NCBI RefSeq assembly: GCF_000017945.1
Contig: NC_009776.1
Location: 1,170,001 to 1,202,000 of the forward strand
Length of the DNA: 32,000 nt
Direction of reading: 5' to 3'
Source of the DNA: Ignicoccus hospitalis KIN4/I
Lineage (GTDB): Archaea; Thermoproteota; Thermoprotei_A; Sulfolobales; Ignicoccaceae
Made by a program: the position numbers and the translations under genes. Below are positions 8,105 to 15,838 of this stretch, in pieces. Every line of letters starts with the position of its first letter. Within the stretch, counting starts at the first letter, position 1. The notes below the pieces were generated by a model that searched no databases, was not told the origin of the DNA, and saw only the letters and a program-made list of their open reading frames with translations.

Positions 8105-9034
8105 GTGATAAGCGTGGTAAAGAAGGTGTTCCACTTTATGGGCAAGGGGGGCGTCGGGAAGACTACCTCCGCGGCGACCCAAGCGTCACTCTTAAGCGAG
8201 AGGGGGAAGACCTTGATAGTTTCCTTAGACCCGGCCCACAACTTGGGCGACGTGTTGGGCGCGAAGGTGGGGGAAGAGCCCGAAGAGGTGGCCCCCAACC
8301 TGTACGCCGCGGAGCCGAACGTAGACAGAATAATTTCATCGTTCGTGAAGAGGGTCGTCGAGGAATTGCAAGACCACTACAAGTACCTAAAGGTATACAA
8401 CCTAGATAATGTCTTGAGGGTGTTGGAGTACACCCCAGGCGTCGAGGAGCAAGCCCTATTAGAAGCGCTCGCTAAGTTCATGAACTTAGAGGTCTTCGAC
8501 TACTTAGTAATAGACCACGCGCCCACGGGCCTCTCGGTCAGAGTGCTCTTATTGCCGGAAATAATGGAAGGGTGGTTAGAGAGGCTAATAGAGCTCCGGA
8601 AGCAGATAATCAAGAGGAGAAAGATCTTAGGTGACGACGAAGAAGATCAAGTACTAAACATACTGTTGGAGGAGTTGGAGAAGAATAAGAAATTGAAAGA
8701 GCTCTTGAAGGACCCAGAGAGAAGTTCGGTCATAGTGGTCCTAAACCCCGAGGAGATGCCATTCTTGGAGGCGAAGAGGATAAAGGACACCTTGGCCGAT
8801 TTCGGAATACCCCTCTGCGGCGTGGTGGTCAACAAAATAGTGTCCGAGCGTCACGAGGACAGCATAGTGAGGTCTATTATGGAGGAACAGAAGAGGTGGC
8901 TATCAAGGATTAACGAGGAGTTCAAAGATTATAAAATAATAAGGGTACCGTACTTGGTACCCCCGCCCAAGGGGCTGGAGACCTTGAAGAAGGTAGGACG
9001 CGAGGTGTGGGGAGGCGCGCTTTGCTGTTCATGA
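8105..9034 (+). CDS. ArsA/Get3-family ATPase
   Basis: P-loop FMGKGGVGKTTSAATQASLLSERGKTLIVSLDPAHNLGDVLG, switch VIDHAPTG, and VVVNKI. Confidence 0.92.
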   Translation: MISVVKKVFHFMGKGGVGKTTSAATQASLLSERGKTLIVSLDPAHNLGDVLGAKVGEEPEEVAPNLYAAEPNVDRIISSFVKRVVEELQDHYKYLKVYNLDNVLRVLEYTPGVEEQALLEALAKFMNLEVFDYLVIDHAPTGLSVRVLLLPEIMEGWLERLIELRKQIIKRRKILGDDEEDQVLNILLEELEKNKKLKELLKDPERSSVIVVLNPEEMPFLEAKRIKDTLADFGIPLCGVVVNKIVSERHEDSIVRSIMEEQKRWLSRINEEFKDYKIIRVPYLVPPPKGLETLKKVGREVWGGALCCS

Positions 9035-9618
9035 TGCTGCTCGTCTTCGCGTTGGCCGGAGCCACCACGTACCAGTTCTTCAGAGGACGGAAGCAGAACT
9101 TAATCTTAATGAGAGAATACGTGCGAGAGCTGGAGAGGGCTCTAAAGCCCGTCGACAAGAACTACGTCCTGTTGGGCTTGTATAGCGGCTTCAGGGCGGA
9201 GTTTTTGTTAAACTTGCCGGAGGTATACAAGGCTGAGGCCTCTATAGCCTTAATGCCGAGGGAGAGCCTACTCTACTACCCGATATCCCTACTTACGTTG
9301 AAACACGACAGGTTTTACTTAGTCCTCAGACTCAATAAGAAAGTCCGCGACGAGCTCCACGCGGTGGACCCCAAGGCCCTCAAGTACAACGCCCCCGAGT
9401 TGGAAAAGAAACTGAAACACCGGATATCCGTAAACGGGAAGTCGTATTTGGTCAACGACCCCCGAGCGGGGGAGGCGTTTTCGGAACTGCTGATGCCGGA
9501 GGTCCTCCACGTCTCGTTGGTTCCCGAAACCAACGTCCTCTACCTATTCGCCAAGCCGCGCCCGGGCCTCGTAGAGAGGATAGCCTCCAAGGCCCTCAAA
9601 ACCGTTAAGGCCCTCTAA
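9007..9618 (+). CDS. single-pass N-terminal membrane-anchored hypothetical protein
   Basis: RRALLFMMLLVFALAGATTYQFF helix followed by a soluble domain. Overlaps the end of the ArsA-like gene. Confidence 0.7.
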   Translation: MGRRALLFMMLLVFALAGATTYQFFRGRKQNLILMREYVRELERALKPVDKNYVLLGLYSGFRAEFLLNLPEVYKAEASIALMPRESLLYYPISLLTLKHDRFYLVLRLNKKVRDELHAVDPKALKYNAPELEKKLKHRISVNGKSYLVNDPRAGEAFSELLMPEVLHVSLVPETNVLYLFAKPRPGLVERIASKALKTVKAL

Positions 9619-9708
9619 GGGAGGTCCGGGCTTAGGTGGTGGAGGGTCGTAGAGGTCTGCCACTCTGGCTGCAAGGGCGTCTGCGAGGAAGGCGAATGTG
9701 AAATAAAA

Positions 9709-9870
9709 GTGGGTGTTGGAGAAGAGGTAGACGCTAGGAAGATGGCGTCGCTCATAATAGAGATCTTGGCCTCAGAGGAAGTAAAAGTGGTGAACGAGCC
9801 CCGGGGGAGGCTGTTGAAGGCTCTGTTGGAAGTCGCTAGGTGGATGGGGATTAAGGTGTCAGAAGCCTGA
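9709..9870 (+). CDS. short ORF not in the track; frame is open back to 9619 and encodes a Cys cluster upstream of the first canonical start
   Basis: Frame reads GRSGLRWWRVVEVCHSGCKGVCEEGECEIKVGVGEEVDARKMASLIIEILASEEVKVVNEPRGRLLKALLEVARWMGIKVSEA*. First GTG is at 9709; no ATG/GTG/TTG between 9619 and 9708. Confidence 0.5.
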   Translation: MGVGEEVDARKMASLIIEILASEEVKVVNEPRGRLLKALLEVARWMGIKVSEA

Positions 9871-10080
9871 GGCCGGGGTTCCCAGTGGGCCTCACGGCGT
9901 TTCGAGCGTTCTTTATTGCTGTCTAAGCCTTCCTTTGTCGTCGCTCACACAGCCTCCCGGGCGGCGCCTCCTAGCCAACGGGTACTTTTCGAAGGAATGT
10001 TTCAACAACCTTGTTGGTTAGGTTGAGTAGCGTAACATATATTCGGATTTTGACTCTCCGCGAAGACCTTTTTAGAAGTC

Positions 10081-10368
10081 GTGGACGTCGTTAGCCAGTC
10101 CTTTATACCCTATGACCCGTTTCTGGGAGGACTTCACTCCTCGCTCCCCGTGGCCTTGCTAAACGGGTTACCCTTCTTTAATATCTACATCTTAGTATTA
10201 CAAATCACCAAACTTTTGTATTTACTCATTTCCTTTTTCATCTTTGCCCACATGGGAACACTCTATGTTCGAAAGCGCACCATTACTATTCACTCTCTCA
10301 GACCCCTTATATCCTTTTATGGGAACGCTGAAGATCATGGAGGGAAAGGCAGAGGAAATTTTTCTTGA
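10081..10368 (+). CDS. possible foreign or degenerate hydrophobic ORF
   Basis: 95 aa with a hydrophobic segment LPFFNIYILVLQITKLLYLLISFFIFAHMG. Atypical codon use compared with neighbours (CGA/CGC Arg, CTT/TTT). Confidence 0.25.
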   Translation: MDVVSQSFIPYDPFLGGLHSSLPVALLNGLPFFNIYILVLQITKLLYLLISFFIFAHMGTLYVRKRTITIHSLRPLISFYGNAEDHGGKGRGNFS

Positions 10369-10458
10369 ATAAAGGGAAAAGCTTGGGGAATTGTAAGTTT
10401 GGGGTAGAACGCAATTCTTTTAAGGGAAAGACCTTGGAGCTTTATATGGAAGGTCTCG

Positions 10459-10564
10459 GTGGAGTCTCAAAAGAGGATAGAAAGCTTATCCCGTTTTGTC
10501 CTTGCGTTGATTATTTTGTGTCTTATAGTGGAGTCTCAATGGAGTCTCAAGAGAGGATAGAAAG
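10459..10564 (+). repeat. direct repeat of TGGAGTCTCAA(N)AGAGGATAGAAAG
   Basis: Copy A 10459-10484 GTGGAGTCTCAAAAGAGGATAGAAAG; partial copy 10528-10539 GTGGAGTCTCAA; copy B 10539-10564 ATGGAGTCTCAAGAGAGGATAGAAAG. Confidence 0.9.
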
Positions 10565-10814
10565 AAGAAGGAAGAAACAAGCCCCCGCAGAGCCACGAAC
10601 CTCAAGGGGTTGCCCGCTTGTTGGGAGAGCCTCTGAAGAGCGGAGAGGCCTGCCGGATGATCTTAGAGTGCAGCGGACTCGAAAGGCGGATGACCTCAAG
10701 ATTTCCTTACGACGAGCGTACGCCCCTGCGAGCTTCAGTTTTCGGGCGAGTTAGATAGAGAATAAGGAGTGCCTCAACTCCCCGGTCTTAAGGAATTGTG
10801 TACTTTTAGGGGGG

Positions 10815-10891
10815 TGGTGGGGCCGCGGGGATTTGAACCCCGGACTACCGCCGTGTCAGGGCGGCGTCCTTCCGGGCTAGACGACGGCCCC
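10815..10891 (-). tRNA. tRNA-Val (GAC), CCA encoded
   Basis: Reverse complement GGGGCCGUCGUCUAGCCCGGAAGGACGCCGCCCUGACACGGCGGUAGUCCGGGGUUCAAAUCCCCGCGGCCCCACCA; 7-bp acceptor, CCGCC/GGCGG anticodon stem and loop CUGACAC. Confidence 0.96.
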
Positions 10892-10907
10892 GAAGACCGG
10901 GTCGATG

Positions 10908-10979
10908 TGCCGCCGCGGGGATTCGAACCCCGGACGACCCGGTCTTCAGCCGGGCGCTCTCCCGCTGAGCTACGGCGGC
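10908..10979 (-). tRNA. tRNA-Phe (GAA), CCA not encoded
   Basis: Reverse complement GCCGCCGUAGCUCAGCGGGAGAGCGCCCGGCUGAAGACCGGGUCGUCCGGGGUUCGAAUCCCCGCGGCGGCA; anticodon loop CUGAAGA, followed by CAT not CCA. Confidence 0.96.
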
Positions 10980-11067
10980 TCCTCCGTGGGGAGGACCCAT
11001 CGTCCGTTAATAAGTTTTTTGCCCGGAACTAAAAATTCCTTAACTAACCGCCCCTCCTAGGGGAACC

Positions 11068-11577
11068 TTGATCTACTGGAGCGTCCCCTTCCCGGAGCTG
11101 AACTTCTCGGTCCCTTACGTCCCCACTCCGATGCACGTAGCTCGGAAGATGCTCGAACTCGCGGGGGTGGGCCCGGACGACGTGGTTTACGACCTGGGAA
11201 GCGGGGACGGCAGGATACCGATCTTAGCGGTGGAAGAGTTCGGAGCCAAGAAGGCTGTAGGCGTTGAAATAAGGAACGACTTGGTCCAGATAGCTAGGGA
11301 GGAGGTCTCCAAGAGGGGGCTCGAGGGGAGGGTAGAAATAGTTCGCGGCGACGTCTTAGAAGTGCCGGTCCACGAGGCCACCGTAGTAACCATGTTCTTG
11401 CTCCCGGACTTGATGGAAATGCTCCGAAGGAAGTTAGAGAGGGAGCTCAAGCCCGGGGCGAGGGTAGTGAGCCACGAGTACCCCATGGCCAAGTGGAGGC
11501 CCAAGAAGGTCGTCAGAATCGAGGACGAACACATGTTCCACACCCTCATACTTTACGTCGCCGGCGAGAGCTTCTGA
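11068..11577 (+). CDS. class I SAM-dependent methyltransferase (small; resembles archaeal protein-lysine methyltransferase aKMT-type)
   Basis: PYVPTPMHVARKMLELAGVGPDDVVYDLGSGDGRIPILAVEEFGAKKAVGVEI is the SAM-binding motif; compact 169 aa. Confidence 0.85.
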   Translation: MIYWSVPFPELNFSVPYVPTPMHVARKMLELAGVGPDDVVYDLGSGDGRIPILAVEEFGAKKAVGVEIRNDLVQIAREEVSKRGLEGRVEIVRGDVLEVPVHEATVVTMFLLPDLMEMLRRKLERELKPGARVVSHEYPMAKWRPKKVVRIEDEHMFHTLILYVAGESF

Positions 11578-12085
11578 GCTCCCTAACTGCCTCCTTAAGG
11601 CACTTGGGGTTGAGGCTAATCGCCGGGACCGACGAGGCGTAGTCGCAGTACTCCGGACAAAAGGTCTTATGCACTAAGGGTTCTTCGACCCTCAAGATAA
11701 AGGCCAACCCCAGGGCGGCCGCCCAGCCGGAGAGCAGCAAGCCACACGGAGAGTTCGCTATCAACGCGACCGAGAGCGGAATTAGGCTCATCGAGAACTG
11801 GTTGGGGTGTCTCATACATGAGAATATGCCGTCCTTGACCAAGACGTCTGGAGGGGTGAGGAAGGGCCTCTCGCCGCTGTGTCCTCTGGCCCTCAGCGCC
11901 CTGCCCGCGGCCGCAGAGACGAGCAACGAGGTCAGCAGCAAGGGAATTCCAATAACCTCGCCCCCGACCAGCTTGAGGGTGCAGTAGACGTCCAAGAGCT
12001 TCCCGAACAAGGGGAAGGCGAAGAAGAGTAGGGCCCAGAAGGCCCCCTTCCACGCGAACTCCTTCCTCCCCTTATCTTCCCCCAA
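11546..12085 (-). CDS. membrane protein, isoprenylcysteine carboxyl methyltransferase/PEMT-like
   Basis: Multiple TM helices plus FSCMRHPNQFSMSLIP and RVEEPLVHKTFCPEYCDYASSVPAISL, resembling the RHPxY...EE..L...FG..Y..Y pattern. TTG start at 12085 proposed; the track start at 12361 lies antisense to trpC. Confidence 0.7.
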   Translation of the reverse strand: MGEDKGRKEFAWKGAFWALLFFAFPLFGKLLDVYCTLKLVGGEVIGIPLLLTSLLVSAAAGRALRARGHSGERPFLTPPDVLVKDGIFSCMRHPNQFSMSLIPLSVALIANSPCGLLLSGWAAALGLAFILRVEEPLVHKTFCPEYCDYASSVPAISLNPKCLKEAVRELRSSRRRRKV

Positions 12086-12110
12086 AGCGCCAGCACCTCT
12101 GGGGCCGCGC

Positions 12111-12875
12111 TTGCTAGAGAAGATAATTGATATCACAGTTAAGAGAGTGGAAGAGGAGCGCAAGCGGTTGGCTCTGCCCAAGAGGTTCAAGCCCGTGAGG
12201 GACTTCCGAGGGAGCTTGGAGAGGGGCGCTTTTGCTGTCATAGCGGAGTTCAAGCCCTCCTCCCCCAGCGGGGTCAAGGCGAGGTGGGGGCTGTTGGAAT
12301 ATTTGGAGAGGGTCAAGGCGGCTGACGCCCTCTCAGTGCTCACCGAGCCCCGCTTCTTCAAGGGCTCCTACTACAACTTGGCGAGGGCCGCGACGTTAAC
12401 GGACAAGCCCATATTGTTTAAAGACTTCGTGGTCGACCCCTTCCAGATCGAGGCCGCCTACGCCTTCGGAGCGGACGCGGTGTTGTTGATGATTGACGTC
12501 TTAGGAGAGGACGACCTAAAGTACATGGCTCTCAAAGCGAAGTCGCTGGGCCTCCAGACGTTGGTAGAGGTCAGCAAGCCCGAGGACGCGAGCGTTTCCG
12601 AAGAGGCGTGGGTTGATGTGTTGGGCGTGAACTCGAGAGACTTTAAGACGTTAAAAACCGACATAAAGAGGATATTTAAAGCTACAAGGTACATAGCAGA
12701 GAGGGCCTTCCCCCTAGCCGAGTCCGGGGTTAAGGGGTCGAGGGACGCTTACGAGTTGGCCCTCAGGGGCTACCGGGGAGCGTTGGTGGGGACGAGCTTG
12801 ATGGAGAGTCCCGACCCGCTGGGCTCCTTGCTGTCTATAAAGAGGGCCGGCAGCGCGGGGCTGGGCAGGATTTAG
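12111..12875 (+). CDS. trpC: indole-3-glycerol phosphate synthase
   Basis: FAVIAEFKPSSPSG, LSVLTEPRFFKGS, PILFKDFVVDPFQIEAAYAFGADAVLLM and LGVNSRDFKTLKTD are diagnostic. Confidence 0.96.
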   Translation: MLEKIIDITVKRVEEERKRLALPKRFKPVRDFRGSLERGAFAVIAEFKPSSPSGVKARWGLLEYLERVKAADALSVLTEPRFFKGSYYNLARAATLTDKPILFKDFVVDPFQIEAAYAFGADAVLLMIDVLGEDDLKYMALKAKSLGLQTLVEVSKPEDASVSEEAWVDVLGVNSRDFKTLKTDIKRIFKATRYIAERAFPLAESGVKGSRDAYELALRGYRGALVGTSLMESPDPLGSLLSIKRAGSAGLGRI

Positions 12876-12898
12876 GGGCCCTCCCGAAGGGCGGGCCC
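12876..12898 (+). other. strong GC hairpin immediately after the trpC stop codon
   Basis: GGGCCC-T-CCC-GAA-GGG-C-GGGCCC: nine paired positions around one mismatch and a GAA loop. Confidence 0.6.
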
Positions 12899-12913
12899 AG
12901 AGGTAAACGTTCG

Positions 12914-13969
12914 TTGCCGTTCGACCCGCTCCCCCCAGACACTGTCATGAAGACGGTAAACCTAAAGAAGTACTACCAAGTCGGAGGCCTCTTCGCCCCG
13001 AAGAGGGTCGTGAAGGCCGTGGACGGGGTCGACCTAAGCCTGAAGGACGAAGTCTACTGCATCGTAGGCGAGAGCGGGTGCGGGAAGAGCACCTTCGCCA
13101 GAGTTGTGGTCGGGCTGGAGGAGCCCACGGAAGGTGACGTCTTAATTAGAGTAAGGGACGAGACGGCGTCTATCTTAAAGATGATGGGAGAAAAGGTAAA
13201 GGGAAACACGGTTTCATACAAGCACTTGAGCCCCAAGGGGAAGAGGGTAGTAAAGAGAGAGATCCAGATGGTGTGGCAAGACCCCTACTCCAGCGTGGAC
13301 CCCCGGATGAAAGTGTGGGAAGCCGTCGCCGAGCCCCTAATAATTCACAAGCTGGTAAAGGACAAGAAGGAAGCGAGGGAGAGGGCGATAGAGATCTTGA
13401 AAAAGGTAAAGCTCCCGGAGGACGTAGCGGACCGCTACCCTCACCAGCTCTCGGGGGGCCAGAGGCAGAGGGTCGTGATAGCGAGGGCTCTGAGCGTCAA
13501 CCCAAAGGTAATAGTGGCCGACGAGCCGGTCTCGATGCTAGACGTATCCATAAGGGCCGAAATAATAAACTTGATGAGGCAACTCCACGAGAGCGAGGGG
13601 ACTAGCATGATAGTTATAACGCACGACTTGTCGACCACTCCTCACTTGTGCGACCGCATAGGAATAATGTACTTGGGGAGGGTGGTAGAGGAGGGACCCA
13701 CGCGCGAGGTTATAGAGGACCCCCTACACCCGTACACCAAGGCATTGCTGGCAGCAGTGCTCGAGCCCGACCCGGAGAACAGGGAGAGGGAGCTGGTCGT
13801 TCCAATAAAGGGAGAGGTCAGCAGGCCCCCGGAGAGGGGCTGTAGGTTCTGGCCCCGTTGCGTCGCCTTAGATATGCACAAGGAGTTGGAGGGGCTGTGC
13901 AAGTACGAGGAGCCGGGATACTTCGTAAAGGGCGAGAGGAAGGTCGCTTGCTGGCTCCACAAGGGCTGA
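12914..13969 (+). CDS. oligopeptide/dipeptide ABC transporter ATP-binding protein (DppF/OppF-like)
   Basis: Walker A GESGCGKSTF, signature LSGGQRQRVVIARAL, and the C-terminal peptide-transporter domain PPERGCRFWPRC. Confidence 0.93.
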   Translation: MPFDPLPPDTVMKTVNLKKYYQVGGLFAPKRVVKAVDGVDLSLKDEVYCIVGESGCGKSTFARVVVGLEEPTEGDVLIRVRDETASILKMMGEKVKGNTVSYKHLSPKGKRVVKREIQMVWQDPYSSVDPRMKVWEAVAEPLIIHKLVKDKKEARERAIEILKKVKLPEDVADRYPHQLSGGQRQRVVIARALSVNPKVIVADEPVSMLDVSIRAEIINLMRQLHESEGTSMIVITHDLSTTPHLCDRIGIMYLGRVVEEGPTREVIEDPLHPYTKALLAAVLEPDPENRERELVVPIKGEVSRPPERGCRFWPRCVALDMHKELEGLCKYEEPGYFVKGERKVACWLHKG

Positions 13970-13970
13970 G

Positions 13971-15215
13971 CTATCCTACCTCGAAGACTCCTAAGGTGAA
14001 GCCTATTGTCTTGTGTAGCTGGGGCAAGAACCACCTCCACCCCCTCCTCCCCCTGGGGGCCCCTACTTCCACTTCCACGGGCTCGGCGACCTCCTCGAAG
14101 AGTTCGGAGTGGGCCTCGTTCTCTTCGTACGTTATCGTACAAGTCGTGTAGATGAGCCTCGTCCCCCTCTTGGCCAAGGAGAGCATCCCCTTGATTAGTT
14201 CTCTCTGATACTCACTCATCTTGTTCTTGTTAATGAAAGGTAGTAATATCCTAGTCTCGGGGGAGCCTAGGCGACCTATCCCGCTGCAGTCCGGGTCTAG
14301 GACCACCGTGTCGAAGGCCTTACGGAAGGCCGGAAGTCGGGCATCAGAAACTACCTTCTCGACGTCGAAGGCAAACCTCCTCGGGTCGAGGTCGTTTGAT
14401 ATTACGATGAACCCTCTGTCCGATAAGTGTAGGGACTTCCCTCCCGGGGCTGCGGTCAAGTCGAGCGCCCTAACGCCCTTGGCCAAGTGAGCAACACTCA
14501 TAGAGGCCAACTCCATTATTACGACCTTCTTCGGGTGTAGCCCGCTCTTTAGGACTAGCCTCTTAGGCCCCCTTAGGTAAAGGGAGTCGTCGAAGGGGCC
14601 CTCCTCGACCTCGTAGAGGCGCTTGAGCTCCGGAACCGCCCCGGGGTCCCTTATCCTAACCCAGAAGCCCTCCGGATGGTCCAACGCGTCTACGAACTCC
14701 TTTGGATCCGTAAACTTTTTCAACTCTTCCCAAGCCCACTTCGCCACGCTCCTGTAAACCCTTTCCCTCTCCTCCCCGCCGAGCCCCGCTAGGTAGTCCT
14801 CCGGCCCCGCCTTGAGGAGCTCCTCGTACAAGTCCCTCGGAAACCTCTTGAAAGCCCACCAGAGCTTCCCCGGCTTTACCTTCCGGAACAGCGCTTGGTA
14901 AGCGATAACGACCTTAAACCAGTAGTCGAAGGAAGCCTTGGGCCTCTCGTAGCTGAGCCCGAGGGCCCTCGAGAGGAGCATCCACCTCCTGGCGACGTCA
15001 GATATCATGCCTACGAGAGCGGGCCTCACGGGGTCGGGCAGCTTGTACTTCTTGTAGGCCTTCTCCAAGTAACCCTTCAAGCTGTAGCCCTTGGAGGCCC
15101 TCGCGAGGGCCCTAGCAGCGATCACTTCCAACGGTACGGGCCGCTCGGACAACCTTCGGGCGACCGTGTACGGTCCCCAATAAGACATACTCTTATAAGT
15201 TGAGTACTCCCTCAC
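13971..15215 (-). CDS. NOL1/NOP2/Sun-family RNA (cytosine-5) methyltransferase
   Basis: ALDLTAAPGGKSLHLS, FDTVVLDPDCSGIGRLGSPE and RLIYTTCTITYEENEA. A start at an internal Met (MSYWGPY...) is possible. Confidence 0.88.
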   Translation of the reverse strand: MREYSTYKSMSYWGPYTVARRLSERPVPLEVIAARALARASKGYSLKGYLEKAYKKYKLPDPVRPALVGMISDVARRWMLLSRALGLSYERPKASFDYWFKVVIAYQALFRKVKPGKLWWAFKRFPRDLYEELLKAGPEDYLAGLGGEERERVYRSVAKWAWEELKKFTDPKEFVDALDHPEGFWVRIRDPGAVPELKRLYEVEEGPFDDSLYLRGPKRLVLKSGLHPKKVVIMELASMSVAHLAKGVRALDLTAAPGGKSLHLSDRGFIVISNDLDPRRFAFDVEKVVSDARLPAFRKAFDTVVLDPDCSGIGRLGSPETRILLPFINKNKMSEYQRELIKGMLSLAKRGTRLIYTTCTITYEENEAHSELFEEVAEPVEVEVGAPRGRRGWRWFLPQLHKTIGFTLGVFEVG

Positions 15216-15321
15216 TTGTTTAAAAAATTTAGCGTTACGTTAACTAAAGTTAAGAAGCAATCAAAATTCGTAACCGAGCATTCACGCCCCTTACTGTTTT
15301 ATTTATTTTTCCGCATCTCTT

Positions 15322-15330
15322 TTTATATAA
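15322..15330 (+). promoter_or_regulatory. possible TATA box (TTTATATAA) for the downstream ORF
   Basis: TTTATATAA lies 14-22 nt upstream of the GTG at 15344. Spacing is short for a leaderless start. Confidence 0.4.
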
Positions 15331-15343
15331 CTGGTGGCAAGAC

Positions 15344-15838
15344 GTGGGTTCCGAGACGTACTCTCTATACGTAGACGAGTCCGGGAGCTTGAGGATAAAG
15401 GGGGACGAGGCGGACTACTTGATCTTACCGGCGACCACCGTATCCAAAATAGGCTCTAGGTTGTACAAGATCGTGGGGGAGGCCGCCAACGTACAGCTGG
15501 CGGAAATAGGGAGGAGTATAGGCCACAGCTTGGCGGAGCTGATCAAGCGCCAGATGCACGGCGACCGAATAGAAGACATAATAGAATCTATAGACGACTA
15601 CTTGAGCAAGAGCGGCTTCGGGAAGGCGGAGCTCGTCAAGCACGAAAACCACTTCGACGTAATAATAAACAATCCACCGTCGTTGAGGCATGCTGTAGAA
15701 GGGCTGAAGAAGTGTCGTTTCGAGGCTGGTTTGATAAAGGGAATACTGGAGGAGATCACGGGGAAGAAGTGGCACGTCCAAGTGGACGACTCGGTTAACC
15801 AGGAGAAGTGCTTAATCCACGTTAAGCCGATGGAGTAA
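15344..15838 (+). CDS. hypothetical protein, possible V4R-like domain
   Basis: 164-aa ORF. C-terminal part ...LKKCRFEAGLIKGILEEITGKKWHVQVDDSVNQEKCLIHVKP loosely resembles a V4R/4-vinyl reductase fold. Confidence 0.7.
   Translation: MGSETYSLYVDESGSLRIKGDEADYLILPATTVSKIGSRLYKIVGEAANVQLAEIGRSIGHSLAELIKRQMHGDRIEDIIESIDDYLSKSGFGKAELVKHENHFDVIINNPPSLRHAVEGLKKCRFEAGLIKGILEEITGKKWHVQVDDSVNQEKCLIHVKPME

Noticed and set aside
10388-10417. GAATTG...CAATTC inverted repeat
   Set aside because: Only 6-bp arms with an 18-nt loop; expected by chance in AT-rich DNA.
10365-10754. 129-aa ORF in the AT-rich island
   Set aside because: No recognisable domain, contains the direct repeats, and composition changes midway; not supported as a gene.
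10769-11032. ORF translating to ...VVGPRGFEPRTTA...PPRGFEPRTTR...
   Set aside because: This is the classic antisense-tRNA artefact peptide; the region is two tRNA genes on the minus strand.
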